From Vibrio cholerae ATCC 14035 (GTDB lineage: Bacteria; Pseudomonadota; Gammaproteobacteria; Enterobacterales; Vibrionaceae): 32,000 nt of DNA. The stretch is from NCBI RefSeq assembly GCF_000621645.1, contig NZ_JHXR01000029.1, forward strand, positions 1-32,000. Direction: 5' to 3'. The notes beneath the pieces were generated by a model. It was not told the DNA's origin. It did no database searches and was given only the letters and a program-made list of their open reading frames with translations. A program made the position numbers and the translations under genes. Shown piece after piece: positions 18,582 through 27,215 of the stretch (positions within the stretch are counted from its first letter, which is position 1; every line of letters starts with the position of its first letter).

Positions 18582-18788
18582 CGCAACGGCGGCCTGAACG
18601 GCTTGATTTCCTTGTAAATCAATAGGCTTAGTTGTTGCGATGTTGTGTTTGCAAACTCGAAATTCGAGTTAGGTAGTTTCTACCACCCGTTTTGTGCAGT
18701 TATCCCTGCCACAAAACAAATACTTCCTGTATTTATTTTTGACCTGTCTGTCAAATTTTTAGCACCGCCTTTAGGCGGTGTTTTTTTA
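18582..18788 (+). ncRNA. gcvB: GcvB small RNA (5' end approximate)
   Basis: Divergent from gcvA as in enterobacteria. The GU-rich R1 region GTTGTTGCGATGTTGTGTTTGCAA (18631-18654) resembles E. coli GTTGTGATGTTGTGTTGTTGTGTTTGCAA. ACTTCCTGTATTTA...CCTGTCTGTC (18721-18751) resembles E. coli CACTTCCTGTACATTTACCCTGTCTGTC. The terminator AGCACCGCC-TTTA-GGCGGTGTTTTTTT resembles E. coli AGCACCGCC...GCGGTGCTTTTTTT. Confidence 0.88.
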
Positions 18789-18824
18789 TCTGCATTTTTA
18801 GCTCCAACCAGTAAATACTGAGCT

Positions 18825-19024
18825 TATATACCCTAACAGCTTGGAATTGCAGGTAGGCGGCAAGAGAGTGACAAATTTGTCTGGAACAAATTTGCACAGC
18901 CATCGGCTGGCCTTTGGTGAGAGCCAAGGATGGCTCTCATAATCCCCATAAGCATAGGCAAACTATGTGATTGGCGTGAACGAACGTAGCCAACACCGCA
19001 ACAGCTTCAAGTAGGAAGGGAATA
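18825..19024 (+). repeat. ERIC-like (enterobacterial repetitive intergenic consensus / IRU) palindromic element carrying a 70-bp internal insertion
   Basis: TATATACCC...GCAGGTAGGCGGCAAGAGAGTGA [70-bp insert 18872-18941] ATCCCCATAAGCATAGG...TGTGATTGGCGTGAACGAACGTAGCCAACACCGC...CTTCAAGTAGGAAGGGAATA. The flanks align with the copy at 20731-20860 and with the remembered ERIC consensus (GGCGGCAAGTGAGTGAATCCCCAGGAGC...GTGACTGGGGTGAGCGAGGAAAGCCAACGCA...CTTGAAGTATGACGGGTATA). Confidence 0.8.
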
Positions 19025-19029
19025 AAGCG

Positions 19030-19067
19030 AAAAAAACGCAGAGCCTGCTGAGCAAACTCTGCGTTTT
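19030..19067 (-). terminator. Intrinsic terminator downstream of thiI (bidirectional shape)
   Basis: CGCAGAG (19037-19043) pairs with CTCTGCG (19057-19063). A run of seven A on the plus strand (19030-19036) gives T7 after the hairpin on the thiI strand. TTTT follows on the plus strand. Confidence 0.7.
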
Positions 19068-19112
19068 ATCCATTCATGATCGCGTTATGGGCAATGAACT
19101 ATCGACCATGAA

Positions 19113-20564
19113 CTATGGACGATAAACTTTCACATTGTTAAACCCTTGTTCTTGCAGGTACAGCGCTTGTAAGCGGCTCATCACGCCACGTGAGCAGTAC
19201 AGCAAGTAGGTTTTTGACTGATCGAGGTCACAAAATTGAGTCGCAAGCTTATAGAAAGGCAGATGCTTCACTTCCACACCCGCAATCTCTAGCGGGCTTT
19301 CGTCCTCTTCGTCTGGGCTACGAATATCCAGTACGACGGCGTTACCCTCTTCTGCGCTGTTAACCAACTCCACTTCAGGGGCTTTTTCCAGCGACTCTTT
19401 ACCAATATCACGAATGTCGATTTGGCGCGCGTTGTACACCACTTGATCAAGCAGAGCAAAATCGAATTTGGCTTCTTCTTCTTCCAATTTCTCTTTTACC
19501 GCTTTTACGGTTGGGCTTTTTGAAATCACCCCGCAGAATTCAGGCATGGTTTTGGCGAAATCTTCCGTACCAATTTCACGCGCCAGACGGATGATGTCTT
19601 CTTTATCCCAGTTGATGAGCGGACGCAGAATCAAAGTATCGGTCACGTTATCGATATGGCGCAGGTTAGTCAGGGTTTGGCTAGAAACCTGGCCTAGCGC
19701 TTCACCCGTAACCAAAGCTTGAATGCCAAACTTCTCAGCCACCATACCGGCGGTGCGCATAAACATACGCTTGAGCACCACGCCCATTTGACCATCATCG
19801 ATCTTCTCGAGGATCTCAGCCACCACAGGAGCAAAATCGATCGCGATAAATCGCACTTTGGCCGATGAACCGTATTTTTGCCACAGGTAGTAAGCGGTTT
19901 GCTTCACACCAATTTCGTGGGCGGGTCCCCCCAGATTAAAGAAGCAGTAATGCACTTTTGAACCACGTTTAATGTGCAGATAGCTCGACACACCGGAGTC
20001 GAAGCCACCAGAAATCAGGCTCAATACATCTTCTTGGGTCCCCAGAGGGAAACCACCTAAACCTTTATGACGCGCGATCACTTGGTTAAGCAGCTCATCG
20101 ACCACTTCCACTTGCACGGTCACGTCAGGGTTAATCAATTTTACCTTGGCACTGGCGATGGCTTGATTGAGGCCACCCCCAACATAACGTTCGAGTTCAA
20201 TAGAGGTAAAATCATGCTTACCACGGCGTTTCGCGCGCACAACAAAGGTTTTGTTTTCGAGGTTAGCGCGATTTAGCTCCAGCACTTGCTCGTAGATGTT
20301 GTGCAGATCGGTAAAGCTTGATTGCTGCACTTCCAACACTTGCTGGATACCCGGTGTGGTCGTCAGAATCTCCAACACTTCGGCGTAATAAGTATCGCTG
20401 TTTGACGTCACTTCAATATGATCACGACGATTGAATACCGCCACCCCTTGTGTGCGGGCTTTCACAATAATTCGAATATTGCTCTCAAGGATCTTTGTGA
20501 AACGCTTACGTACCGATTCACTTTTCACAAAAATTTCCGGATGGGGTTTAACGATAAATTTCAT
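19113..20564 (-). CDS. thiI: tRNA 4-thiouridine(8) synthase / thiazole sulfur carrier, with C-terminal rhodanese domain
   Basis: [22 protein letters not shown] matches the E. coli ThiI start (MKFIIKLFPEITIKSQSVR). It has a THUMP domain, the PP-loop SGGFDS and a rhodanese C-terminus ([10 protein letters not shown]). The start is moved from the track position 20660 to ATG 20564, giving 483 aa versus E. coli 482. Confidence 0.92.
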   Translation of the reverse strand: MKFIVKPHPEIFVKSESVRKRFTKILESNIRIIVKARTQGVAVFNRRDHIEVTSNSDTYYAEVLEILTTTPGIQQVLEVQQSSFTDLHNIYEQVLELNRANLENKTFVVRAKRRGKHDFTSIELERYVGGGLNQAIASAKVKLINPDVTVQVEVVDELLNQVIARHKGLGGFPLGTQEDVLSLISGGFDSGVSSYLHIKRGSKVHYCFFNLGGPAHEIGVKQTAYYLWQKYGSSAKVRFIAIDFAPVVAEILEKIDDGQMGVVLKRMFMRTAGMVAEKFGIQALVTGEALGQVSSQTLTNLRHIDNVTDTLILRPLINWDKEDIIRLAREIGTEDFAKTMPEFCGVISKSPTVKAVKEKLEEEEAKFDFALLDQVVYNARQIDIRDIGKESLEKAPEVELVNSAEEGNAVVLDIRSPDEEDESPLEIAGVEVKHLPFYKLATQFCDLDQSKTYLLYCSRGVMSRLQALYLQEQGFNNVKVYRP

Positions 20565-20681
20565 ACAGTTATTCGCAATCTGAGTTAGACAATCTGGCGA
20601 GCAGCAGGTAAACCTTGGCAAGGCGCTTACCGCTAAAGGGGCGCGATTATACACGATCACACTTTATTGAGAAAAGCCCAT

Positions 20682-20713
20682 AAAAAAGACAAGCCCAATG
20701 GCTTGCCTTTTTT
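20682..20713 (-). terminator. Bidirectional intrinsic terminator, probable end of the pomAB transcript
   Basis: CAAGCC (20690-20695) pairs with GGCTTG (20700-20705), extended by flanking A6/T6 runs. It lies downstream (minus sense) of pomB and the ERIC copy. Confidence 0.65.
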
Positions 20714-20730
20714 AGTTTACAGTCGGTGTG

Positions 20731-20860
20731 TATATACCCAAACTACTTGGAGTTGCAGGTAGGCGGCAAGTGAGTGAGTCCCCATGAGCATAGATAGACT
20801 ATGTGATTGGGGTGAACGAACGTAGCCAACACCGCTGCAGCTTCAAGTAGGAAGGGTATA
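20731..20860 (+). repeat. ERIC-like palindromic element, uninterrupted (~130 bp)
   Basis: TATATACCCAAACTACTTGGAGTTGCAGGTAGGCGGCAAGTGAGTGAGTCCCCATGAGCATAGATAGACTATGTGATTGGGGTGAACGAACGTAGCCAACACCGCTGCAGCTTCAAGTAGGAAGGGTATA. The termini TATATACCC/GGGTATA are inverted. The arms ACTTGGAGTTGCAG and CTGCAGCTTCAAGT pair. It ends 7 bp from the pomB stop codon. Confidence 0.82.
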
Positions 20861-20867
20861 CCTTCGG

Positions 20868-21824
20868 TTATTGTTGTCCACCGCCTAGTGAAGGAACCTC
20901 GTCACTGTAGACTGGATCGCCTTGCAAGATACTGATTTCAACGCGGCGGTTGGTTGCCCGTTGCGCTTCGGTATCATTGGGCCCTAACGGTTGGGTATCA
21001 GCCAATCCACGCACTTGCAGTCTTAGATGGTCAAAATCTTTGACCTTTTCCATCTCTTGCGCCACCGAAACTGCGCGCTGCGCAGAGAGATCCCAGTTCG
21101 AGCGATACAGTTCAGAGTCCAATTTCTGGTTATCAGTGTGCCCTGTCACCCGCACTTTACCGGGAATGTCTTTGACCAACTCAGCAATTTGGCGTACCAG
21201 AGGGCGGAACTTAGGTTGTAAGAATGCGGAACCTTCTGGGAACGCGCCTTTTTCGCGGATCCGAATGTCAATCTGCTGCCCCAAGTTTTCCACTTCAATG
21301 GCTCCTTGCTCAATCTCTCTAGACAGTGCTTTTTTGATGCTTTCCGCCACGGTTTCCATCTGCTCTGACATCGCTTGTGCTTGCTGCTGTTGCATTTCAG
21401 ATTGAGTGTTTTGGTTATCTTGCACCGAAGTTTCTGCCGATTGACCGCCAGTAAGCTGACCGGAATCACGTTGATTACCGCCCGCTCGGTCTGATTCCCC
21501 CTCTTGGAATTCCAAGGTTTGTTGGGTGATATCGATGGTTTGCTGCATGATCACATCAATCGGCGTCGGCTCTGGGCGACCGGGACGAAATTCTTGAGCA
21601 ATAATACTGGTCCCTTTGGGAATATCTTTCACTTCCAAACGGTTTTGCACACCAAAGGCAAACTTCATTGAGCCAGCGATCTGCTTAAATTTCAGTACGT
21701 CCATCTCCGAAAACGAGAGCAAGAGTACGAAGAAGCACATCAGCAGTGACATCAAGTCCGCAAACGTCCCCAGCCATGCGGGCAAACCGGGAGGGGGACA
21801 TTTACATTGTTGTTCGTCATCCAT
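20868..21824 (-). CDS. pomB: Sodium-driven polar flagellar motor stator protein PomB (MotB family, OmpA-like C-terminus)
   Basis: MDDEQQCKCPPPGLPAWLGTFADLMSLLMCFFVLLLSFSEMDVLKFKQIAGSMKFAFGVQ is near-identical to the remembered Vibrio alginolyticus PomB. A C-terminal OmpA-like peptidoglycan-binding region is present (NWDLSAQRA...NRRVEI). Confidence 0.93.
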   Translation of the reverse strand: MDDEQQCKCPPPGLPAWLGTFADLMSLLMCFFVLLLSFSEMDVLKFKQIAGSMKFAFGVQNRLEVKDIPKGTSIIAQEFRPGRPEPTPIDVIMQQTIDITQQTLEFQEGESDRAGGNQRDSGQLTGGQSAETSVQDNQNTQSEMQQQQAQAMSEQMETVAESIKKALSREIEQGAIEVENLGQQIDIRIREKGAFPEGSAFLQPKFRPLVRQIAELVKDIPGKVRVTGHTDNQKLDSELYRSNWDLSAQRAVSVAQEMEKVKDFDHLRLQVRGLADTQPLGPNDTEAQRATNRRVEISILQGDPVYSDEVPSLGGGQQ

Positions 21825-21835
21825 AGTCGGCTCCG

Positions 21836-22600
21836 CTACTCTTTATCAACATCAAGAATACGTTTACTTGCGTTGAGGTAGTTCTTCAAATAACTATCGA
21901 TAACCCTTGGGTTCTGCCCATCTTGAATCGCTAAAACACCGTCCATGATCAGACGACGGTTGAGGGTTTCCTGATCACGACGCAGCGCAAGCTTGTCGGC
22001 AATCGGGAAGAAAATCATATTGGAAAGTACCGCACCGTACAGAGTCGTCAGCAAAGCAACCGCCATTGCAGGACCGATTGACTTGGGGTCGTCCATGTTA
22101 GATAACATGGCAACCAGACCAACCAGTGTCCCGATCATCCCCATCGCGGGTGCAACGTCACCAAAGGCGCGAAAAACTTGGGTTCCTTTGCTGTGGCGCT
22201 CATCGGTCAAGACAATATCTTTTTGCAAGGTGGCACGCACCACATCCGCATCATGGCCGTCCACCAAAAGGTCGATCCCTTTTTGCATGAAAGGATTGGG
22301 GATCTCCATCTCTTCCAACGCTAAAAAGCCACCTTTACGTGCGGCATCCGCCATCTCGACGATTTTGGCAATCAGATCTTCGGGAGCATCAGCTTTAAAC
22401 ATAAAGGCTTTACCAGCGATTTTGGCCGCACCAAAAAACTGCCCCATCTCGAACTTCATGAGTACGACGAAGACCGAACCGCCGACCACGATAAGAACTG
22501 ATACCACGTCAACGAACATCATGATGCTGCCGCCTAGCACCATCGCCATGATAACGAAAGCCATGCCACCAATAAGACCAACCAGTGTTGCTAAATCCAC
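21836..22600 (-). CDS. pomA: Sodium-driven polar flagellar motor stator protein PomA (MotA family)
   Basis: 254 aa, near-collinear with Vibrio PomA (MDLATL.GLIGG...GPAMAVALLTTLYGA...NPRVIDSYLKNYL). It uses a GTG start at 22598-22600, preceded by GAGGAG at a 6-nt spacing. Confidence 0.93.
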   Translation of the reverse strand: MDLATLVGLIGGMAFVIMAMVLGGSIMMFVDVVSVLIVVGGSVFVVLMKFEMGQFFGAAKIAGKAFMFKADAPEDLIAKIVEMADAARKGGFLALEEMEIPNPFMQKGIDLLVDGHDADVVRATLQKDIVLTDERHSKGTQVFRAFGDVAPAMGMIGTLVGLVAMLSNMDDPKSIGPAMAVALLTTLYGAVLSNMIFFPIADKLALRRDQETLNRRLIMDGVLAIQDGQNPRVIDSYLKNYLNASKRILDVDKE

Positions 22601-22649
22601 GAAGCACTCCTCAGGCTACACATTCGCGATAATGAAAATCTTACCTTCA

Positions 22650-22676
22650 TTATCGGCAACAGAATAAATTCTTTAA
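22650..22676 (-). promoter_or_regulatory. Sigma-28 (FliA)-type promoter for pomAB
   Basis: The minus strand reads TAAAG-aatttattctgtt-GCCGATAA. The -10 matches the GCCGATAA consensus 8/8, and 13 nt separate it from TAAAG. It lies about 50 nt upstream of the pomA start. Confidence 0.65.
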
Positions 22677-22914
22677 CGAAATTGTCAGAATAGACGGTGA
22701 AAACCTTAGTCAAGTGTATACGTAAAACTGGCAGAGATGCACCTGTCACGCGCAGAGTTTTTAGCCTTCGAATTATGACTTTGTGGACTTTTTTCCATTT
22801 CGTTATCTGGCGCGGTAAAAAAGCCTTCTATTTCTGACAAAATCGCTTGGTTAAATTTGACCAGCCAAGCCCCCTGAGGTAACTTTCGTGCATCTTAAGT
22901 AAGGCATAAAAAAT

Positions 22915-23157
22915 ATGGCGAGCAAGAAACCGGAAAACATGTCCTTCGAGTCAACCATCGAAGAGCTGGAACAGTTGGTCGAACAGCTAGAAAGTGGCGA
23001 TCTGGCACTGGACGAAGCACTGCGCAAATTCGAGCGTGGCATCTCTTTAGCCAGAGCTGGCCAGCTCAAACTAGACGATGCTGAGCAGCGTGTGCGGATT
23101 TTGCTCAGTAACAGTGATGATGCCCCGCTCAGCGATTTTAGCGATGTAGCAGAGTAA
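22915..23157 (+). CDS. xseB: Exodeoxyribonuclease VII small subunit
   Basis: 80 aa containing FExxIxELEQLVxxLESGDLxLDEALxxFERGIxLAR, typical of XseB. It heads the xseB-ispA-dxs order seen in E. coli. Confidence 0.92.
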   Translation: MASKKPENMSFESTIEELEQLVEQLESGDLALDEALRKFERGISLARAGQLKLDDAEQRVRILLSNSDDAPLSDFSDVAE

Positions 23158-23198
23158 CTCGCTCCACAGCCAGAACAACCGACAAAGATGAGTGTCCT

Positions 23199-24083
23199 AT
23201 GATTGAGGCGTTATCCTCATACCAACAGCGAAATAACCAGCAACTGGATCAGTGGCTGAACCGTATTCCCTTTCAAACCTTGCCTTTAATCGAGGCGATG
23301 CGTTACGGGCTACTGCTCGGCGGCAAACGGGCACGGCCATATTTGGTGTACATCACGGGGCAAATGCTCGGCTGTGAGCTTAGCGACTTAGACACTCCTG
23401 CCTCAGCCGTGGAGTGTATTCACGCCTATTCGCTGATCCATGATGATTTGCCCGCCATGGATGATGATGAGCTGCGCCGCGGCAAGCCCACTTGCCATAT
23501 CCAGTTTGATGAGGCCACCGCCATTTTGACCGGCGACGCCCTGCAAACCTTGGCGTTTACTATTTTGGCGGAAGGCGATCTTTCTGCTGCAGGCGAAACA
23601 CAGCGCGTCGCCATGATCCAAGCTCTTGCCGAAGCTTCTGGCGCACAAGGCATGTGCCTTGGTCAAGCGTTAGATCTGGCGGCGGAAAATCGCTTAATTT
23701 CGCTAGAGGAATTGGAAACCATTCATCGCAATAAAACCGGCGCTTTAATGCGCTGCGCGATCCGTTTAGGTGCTTTAGCCGCAGGTGAAAAAGGCCGCGC
23801 CATGCTACCGCATCTTGATCGCTATGCAGAAGCGGTTGGCCTCGCGTTTCAGGTTCAAGATGACATTCTCGATATCATTAGCGATACCGAAACCCTTGGT
23901 AAACCACAGGGTTCTGACCAAGAATTAAATAAAAGTACCTACCCTGCTCTTTTAGGCTTAGAAGGAGCACAACAAAAAGCACACACTCTGTTACAAGAAG
24001 CGCTTCTGGCTTTAGAAGCAATTCCCTACAATACGGAGCATCTGGAAGAGTTCGCCCGATATGTCGTCGAGCGCAAGAACTAA
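23199..24083 (+). CDS. ispA: (2E,6E)-farnesyl diphosphate synthase
   Basis: 294 aa with both aspartate-rich motifs (LIHDDLPAMDDDELRRG and FQVQDDILD). Confidence 0.93.
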   Translation: MIEALSSYQQRNNQQLDQWLNRIPFQTLPLIEAMRYGLLLGGKRARPYLVYITGQMLGCELSDLDTPASAVECIHAYSLIHDDLPAMDDDELRRGKPTCHIQFDEATAILTGDALQTLAFTILAEGDLSAAGETQRVAMIQALAEASGAQGMCLGQALDLAAENRLISLEELETIHRNKTGALMRCAIRLGALAAGEKGRAMLPHLDRYAEAVGLAFQVQDDILDIISDTETLGKPQGSDQELNKSTYPALLGLEGAQQKAHTLLQEALLALEAIPYNTEHLEEFARYVVERKN

Positions 24084-24102
24084 ACAATAAGCGCGCATAC
24101 TT

Positions 24103-25983
24103 ATGACTCTTGATATCTCAAAATACCCAACACTGGCTCTGGCGAATACGCCAGACGAACTGCGCAGCCTTCCAAAAGAAGTACTGCCTAAGCTGTGTGA
24201 CGAGTTACGTACCTATTTGCTCAACTCGGTGAGCCAATCCAGCGGTCATTTGGCCTCAGGATTAGGCACCGTTGAGCTGACGGTTGCGCTGCATTACGTC
24301 TACCACACCCCATTTGATCATCTGATCTGGGATGTGGGTCATCAGGCTTACCCACATAAAATTTTGACTGGTCGTCGTGATCAGATGCCCACCATTCGCC
24401 AGAAAGATGGATTACACCCTTTCCCATGGCGTGAAGAGAGTGAATACGACACCCTCTCGGTGGGTCACTCCTCCACCTCGATCAGTGCCGCACTCGGCAT
24501 GGCAATCTGTGCTGGTAAAGAAGGTAAAGACCGTAAAGTGGTCAGTGTGATTGGCGATGGCGCGATCACCGCCGGTATGGCGTTTGAAGCGATGAACCAC
24601 GCGGGGGATGTGCACCCTGATATGCTGGTCGTACTCAATGACAATGAAATGTCGATTTCAGAGAATGTCGGCGCACTGAACAACCATTTGGCGCAAGTGC
24701 TGTCTGGCAGTCTCTACACCTCTATTCGCGAAGGTGGCAAGAAAGTGCTGTCTGGCATTCCGCCAATCAAAGAGCTGGTTCGTCGCACCGAAGAGCATCT
24801 CAAAGGCATGGTGGTTCCCGGAACGCTATTTGAAGAGCTCGGCTTTAACTACATTGGCCCTGTGGATGGCCATGACGTACTGGAACTGATCAAAACCCTG
24901 AAAAACATGCGTGAGCTAAAAGGGCCACAGTTCCTCCACGTGATGACCAAAAAAGGCAAAGGCTATGCGCCTGCGGAAAAAGATCCGATTGGCTATCACG
25001 GCGTGCCTAAGTTTGATCCAAGCCACCACAGCTTGCCCAAAAGCAGCAATACTAAGCCCACCTTTTCGAAAATCTTTGGCGATTTTCTGTGTGATATGGC
25101 GGCGCAAGATCCCAAGTTGATGGCGATTACCCCAGCCATGCGTGAAGGCTCTGGCATGGTACGTTTCTCCAAAGAGTACCCAAGCCAATACTTTGATGTG
25201 GCGATTGCCGAACAGCACGCAGTCACGCTGGCGACCGGTATGGCTATTGCGGGGTATCACCCGATTGTGGCGATTTACTCCACCTTCTTACAGCGTGGTT
25301 ACGATCAACTGATCCACGATGTGGCGATCATGAACTTGCCGGTGATGTTTGCCATCGACCGCGCGGGGATTGTCGGAGCCGATGGTCAAACTCACCAAGG
25401 TGCGTTTGATTTAAGCTACATGCGCTGCATTCCCAACATGCTGATCATGGCTCCGGCGGATGAAAATGAATGTCGCCAAATGCTCTACACGGGTCATCAA
25501 CATCAAGGGCCAAGTGCCGTGCGTTACCCACGCGGTAATGGCATGGGCGTTGAGCTAGAGAGCAGCTTTACCGCGTTGGAAATCGGCAAAGGCCGCTTAA
25601 TGCGTGAAAGCACGGCATGCGAAGGTGAGAAAGTCGCGATTTTGAGTTTCGGTACTCTGCTGCCTAACGCTTTACAAGCCGCTGAAAAACTCAACGCGAC
25701 AGTGGCTGACATGCGCTTTGTTAAACCACTGGATGAAGCCCTCATCAAGCAACTCGCCCAAACTCATGATGTCCTCGTGACATTGGAAGAAAATGCGATT
25801 GCCGGTGGCGCAGGGGCTGGCGTGATTGAGTTTCTGATGAAAGAGAAGCAGCTCAAGCCGGTTCTCAATCTCGGCCTACCAGATCAGTTCATCGTGCAAG
25901 GCACGCAAGAAGAGATGCATGCAGAACTTGGACTTGATGGTGCAGGCATTGAGCGAGCAATTCGCGACTATCTGGCCAAATAG
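24103..25983 (+). CDS. dxs: 1-deoxy-D-xylulose-5-phosphate synthase
   Basis: 626 aa, collinear with E. coli Dxs throughout ([19 protein letters not shown], [45 protein letters not shown]). Confidence 0.96.
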   Translation: MTLDISKYPTLALANTPDELRSLPKEVLPKLCDELRTYLLNSVSQSSGHLASGLGTVELTVALHYVYHTPFDHLIWDVGHQAYPHKILTGRRDQMPTIRQKDGLHPFPWREESEYDTLSVGHSSTSISAALGMAICAGKEGKDRKVVSVIGDGAITAGMAFEAMNHAGDVHPDMLVVLNDNEMSISENVGALNNHLAQVLSGSLYTSIREGGKKVLSGIPPIKELVRRTEEHLKGMVVPGTLFEELGFNYIGPVDGHDVLELIKTLKNMRELKGPQFLHVMTKKGKGYAPAEKDPIGYHGVPKFDPSHHSLPKSSNTKPTFSKIFGDFLCDMAAQDPKLMAITPAMREGSGMVRFSKEYPSQYFDVAIAEQHAVTLATGMAIAGYHPIVAIYSTFLQRGYDQLIHDVAIMNLPVMFAIDRAGIVGADGQTHQGAFDLSYMRCIPNMLIMAPADENECRQMLYTGHQHQGPSAVRYPRGNGMGVELESSFTALEIGKGRLMRESTACEGEKVAILSFGTLLPNALQAAEKLNATVADMRFVKPLDEALIKQLAQTHDVLVTLEENAIAGGAGAGVIEFLMKEKQLKPVLNLGLPDQFIVQGTQEEMHAELGLDGAGIERAIRDYLAK

Positions 25984-26031
25984 TCCTTTCCACCCGCCGC
26001 TTAACGTCGCTGAGGTAGAAATCAGAAAGAG

Positions 26032-26059
26032 AAAAGCCTTCATGATGAAGGCTTTTTTA
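26032..26059. terminator. Bidirectional intrinsic terminator between convergent dxs and truC
   Basis: AAGCCTTC (26034-26041) pairs with GAAGGCTT (26047-26054). TTTT follows on the plus strand and AAAA precedes the stem. Confidence 0.8.
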
Positions 26060-26080
26060 TTGGGCTGATTGAGAAAATCA

Positions 26081-26815
26081 TCAAGCGTTGATTAACAGCG
26101 ACTCTTGCCAACCAAACTCACTAAGCAAGCCTTGCCACACTTCATCTAGTCCAGCGCGAATCACTAACGGCTGCTGGGTATAAGGATGCATAAAACGTAA
26201 CTCGCTGGCATGCAGCATCAAACGTTGCGCGGAAAAGTGTTCACGAAACAGTCGGTTATGAACTCCATCGCCATGGGTGGTATCACCCACTATCGGATGA
26301 CGCAGATGTGCCATATGACGACGCAGCTGATGTTTGCGCCCGGTCTTCGGTTGCATCTCCATCAAGCAATAGCGGGTAGTGGCAAACTTTCCCGTAGCAA
26401 TGGGCAGTTCCACTTTGGCGAGTGGCCGATAAGCTGTCACCGCCGACTGCGCTTCTTTATCTTGCTTGGCAAATTTATCGGCAATTTTGTCGAGCTCTTC
26501 TTTGAGTGGATAATCGAGCACATTTGCCTCTTCAATCCAGCCGCGCACAATGGCGTGGTAGGTTTTCTCCATCTCATGATTGGCAAACATCGGCATCACT
26601 TCAGAGGCAATCTGACTCGAAAGCGCAAACACCAACACACCGGATGTCGGGCGATCCAGACGGTGTAGCGGGAAAACGTGCTGACCAATTTGATCGCGCA
26701 GGGTCTGCATCACAAACTCGGTTTCATGCTTGTCGAGCCATGAACGGTGCACCAACATGCCAGCCGGTTTATTGACCGCCACCAAATATTCATCTTGATA
26801 AACAATCTCGAGCAT
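26081..26815 (-). CDS. truC: tRNA pseudouridine(65) synthase
   Basis: 244 aa of the RluA/TruC family with the catalytic motif HRLDRPTSGVLVFA. It lies directly downstream of yqcC, as in E. coli. Confidence 0.88.
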   Translation of the reverse strand: MLEIVYQDEYLVAVNKPAGMLVHRSWLDKHETEFVMQTLRDQIGQHVFPLHRLDRPTSGVLVFALSSQIASEVMPMFANHEMEKTYHAIVRGWIEEANVLDYPLKEELDKIADKFAKQDKEAQSAVTAYRPLAKVELPIATGKFATTRYCLMEMQPKTGRKHQLRRHMAHLRHPIVGDTTHGDGVHNRLFREHFSAQRLMLHASELRFMHPYTQQPLVIRAGLDEVWQGLLSEFGWQESLLINA

Positions 26816-27127
26816 CTATTGGCACACCTTGTCGATTTGTTGAATGACCGCAAGCACCGCTTGATAACGGGCCTCACCTTGCCACACTTCTGAGAAATAC
26901 GGCTCCAGCGCGAAACCACGCGGTACCGCATTTTGGGCGATCGCCTGTTGCATTTTGGGCAGAAAAATCCACTGCAGCCACTCATGGGGCAACAGAGTAT
27001 CCACTGCAAAGGGCTCTTGGCTGACGAGAGCTTGTGAAGAAGGCGGTGTCGCTTGCCACAATTGCGCAGCACGCAATCTGACTTCCAACTCATCGAGTAA
27101 CTTCACCAATACGGCGTTGAACTGCAT
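26816..27127 (-). CDS. yqcC: YqcC-family protein (DUF446)
   Basis: 103 aa. Its stop codon abuts the truC ATG with 0-nt spacing. It conserves the yqcC-truC pairing. Confidence 0.8.
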   Translation of the reverse strand: MQFNAVLVKLLDELEVRLRAAQLWQATPPSSQALVSQEPFAVDTLLPHEWLQWIFLPKMQQAIAQNAVPRGFALEPYFSEVWQGEARYQAVLAVIQQIDKVCQ

Positions 27128-27215
27128 AATTCGTCCGGTTTATTTCTATGATGACCTTGAAAAAGTGCCATAGAGTACCATTTATTGGAGAAAGAAAGTT
27201 AGGATCAATTTCCGC

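Noticed and set aside
18825-19024. Possibility that the palindromic repeats are integron attC sites (VCRs)
   Set aside because: The sequence matches the ERIC/IRU consensus, with a GGCGGCAAG..GTGAGTG..CCCC core and GTAGCCAAC..CTTCAAGTA arm. It does not match the VCR consensus as I remember it, and no cassette ORFs or integrase are nearby.
21993-22667. 224-aa plus-strand ORF
   Set aside because: It is antisense to pomA across its whole length, and its low-complexity Ser/Thr/Ala/Pro-rich sequence marks it as an antisense-frame artefact. The same reasoning applies to 20950-21405 and 21027-21221 opposite pomB.
22775-22837. 20-aa aromatic-rich mini-ORF MTLWTFFHFVIWRGKKAFYF in the pomA-xseB spacer
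   Set aside because: No Shine-Dalgarno lies upstream (TTAGCCTTCGAATTATG), and I can assess no conservation. It is most likely a chance ORF, although it ends inside the right arm of the inverted repeat reported above.
26710-27093. 127-aa minus-strand ORF overlapping yqcC and truC in another frame
   Set aside because: It is an out-of-frame overlap with two well-supported genes. It is Cys/Arg/Ser-rich with no homology pattern.
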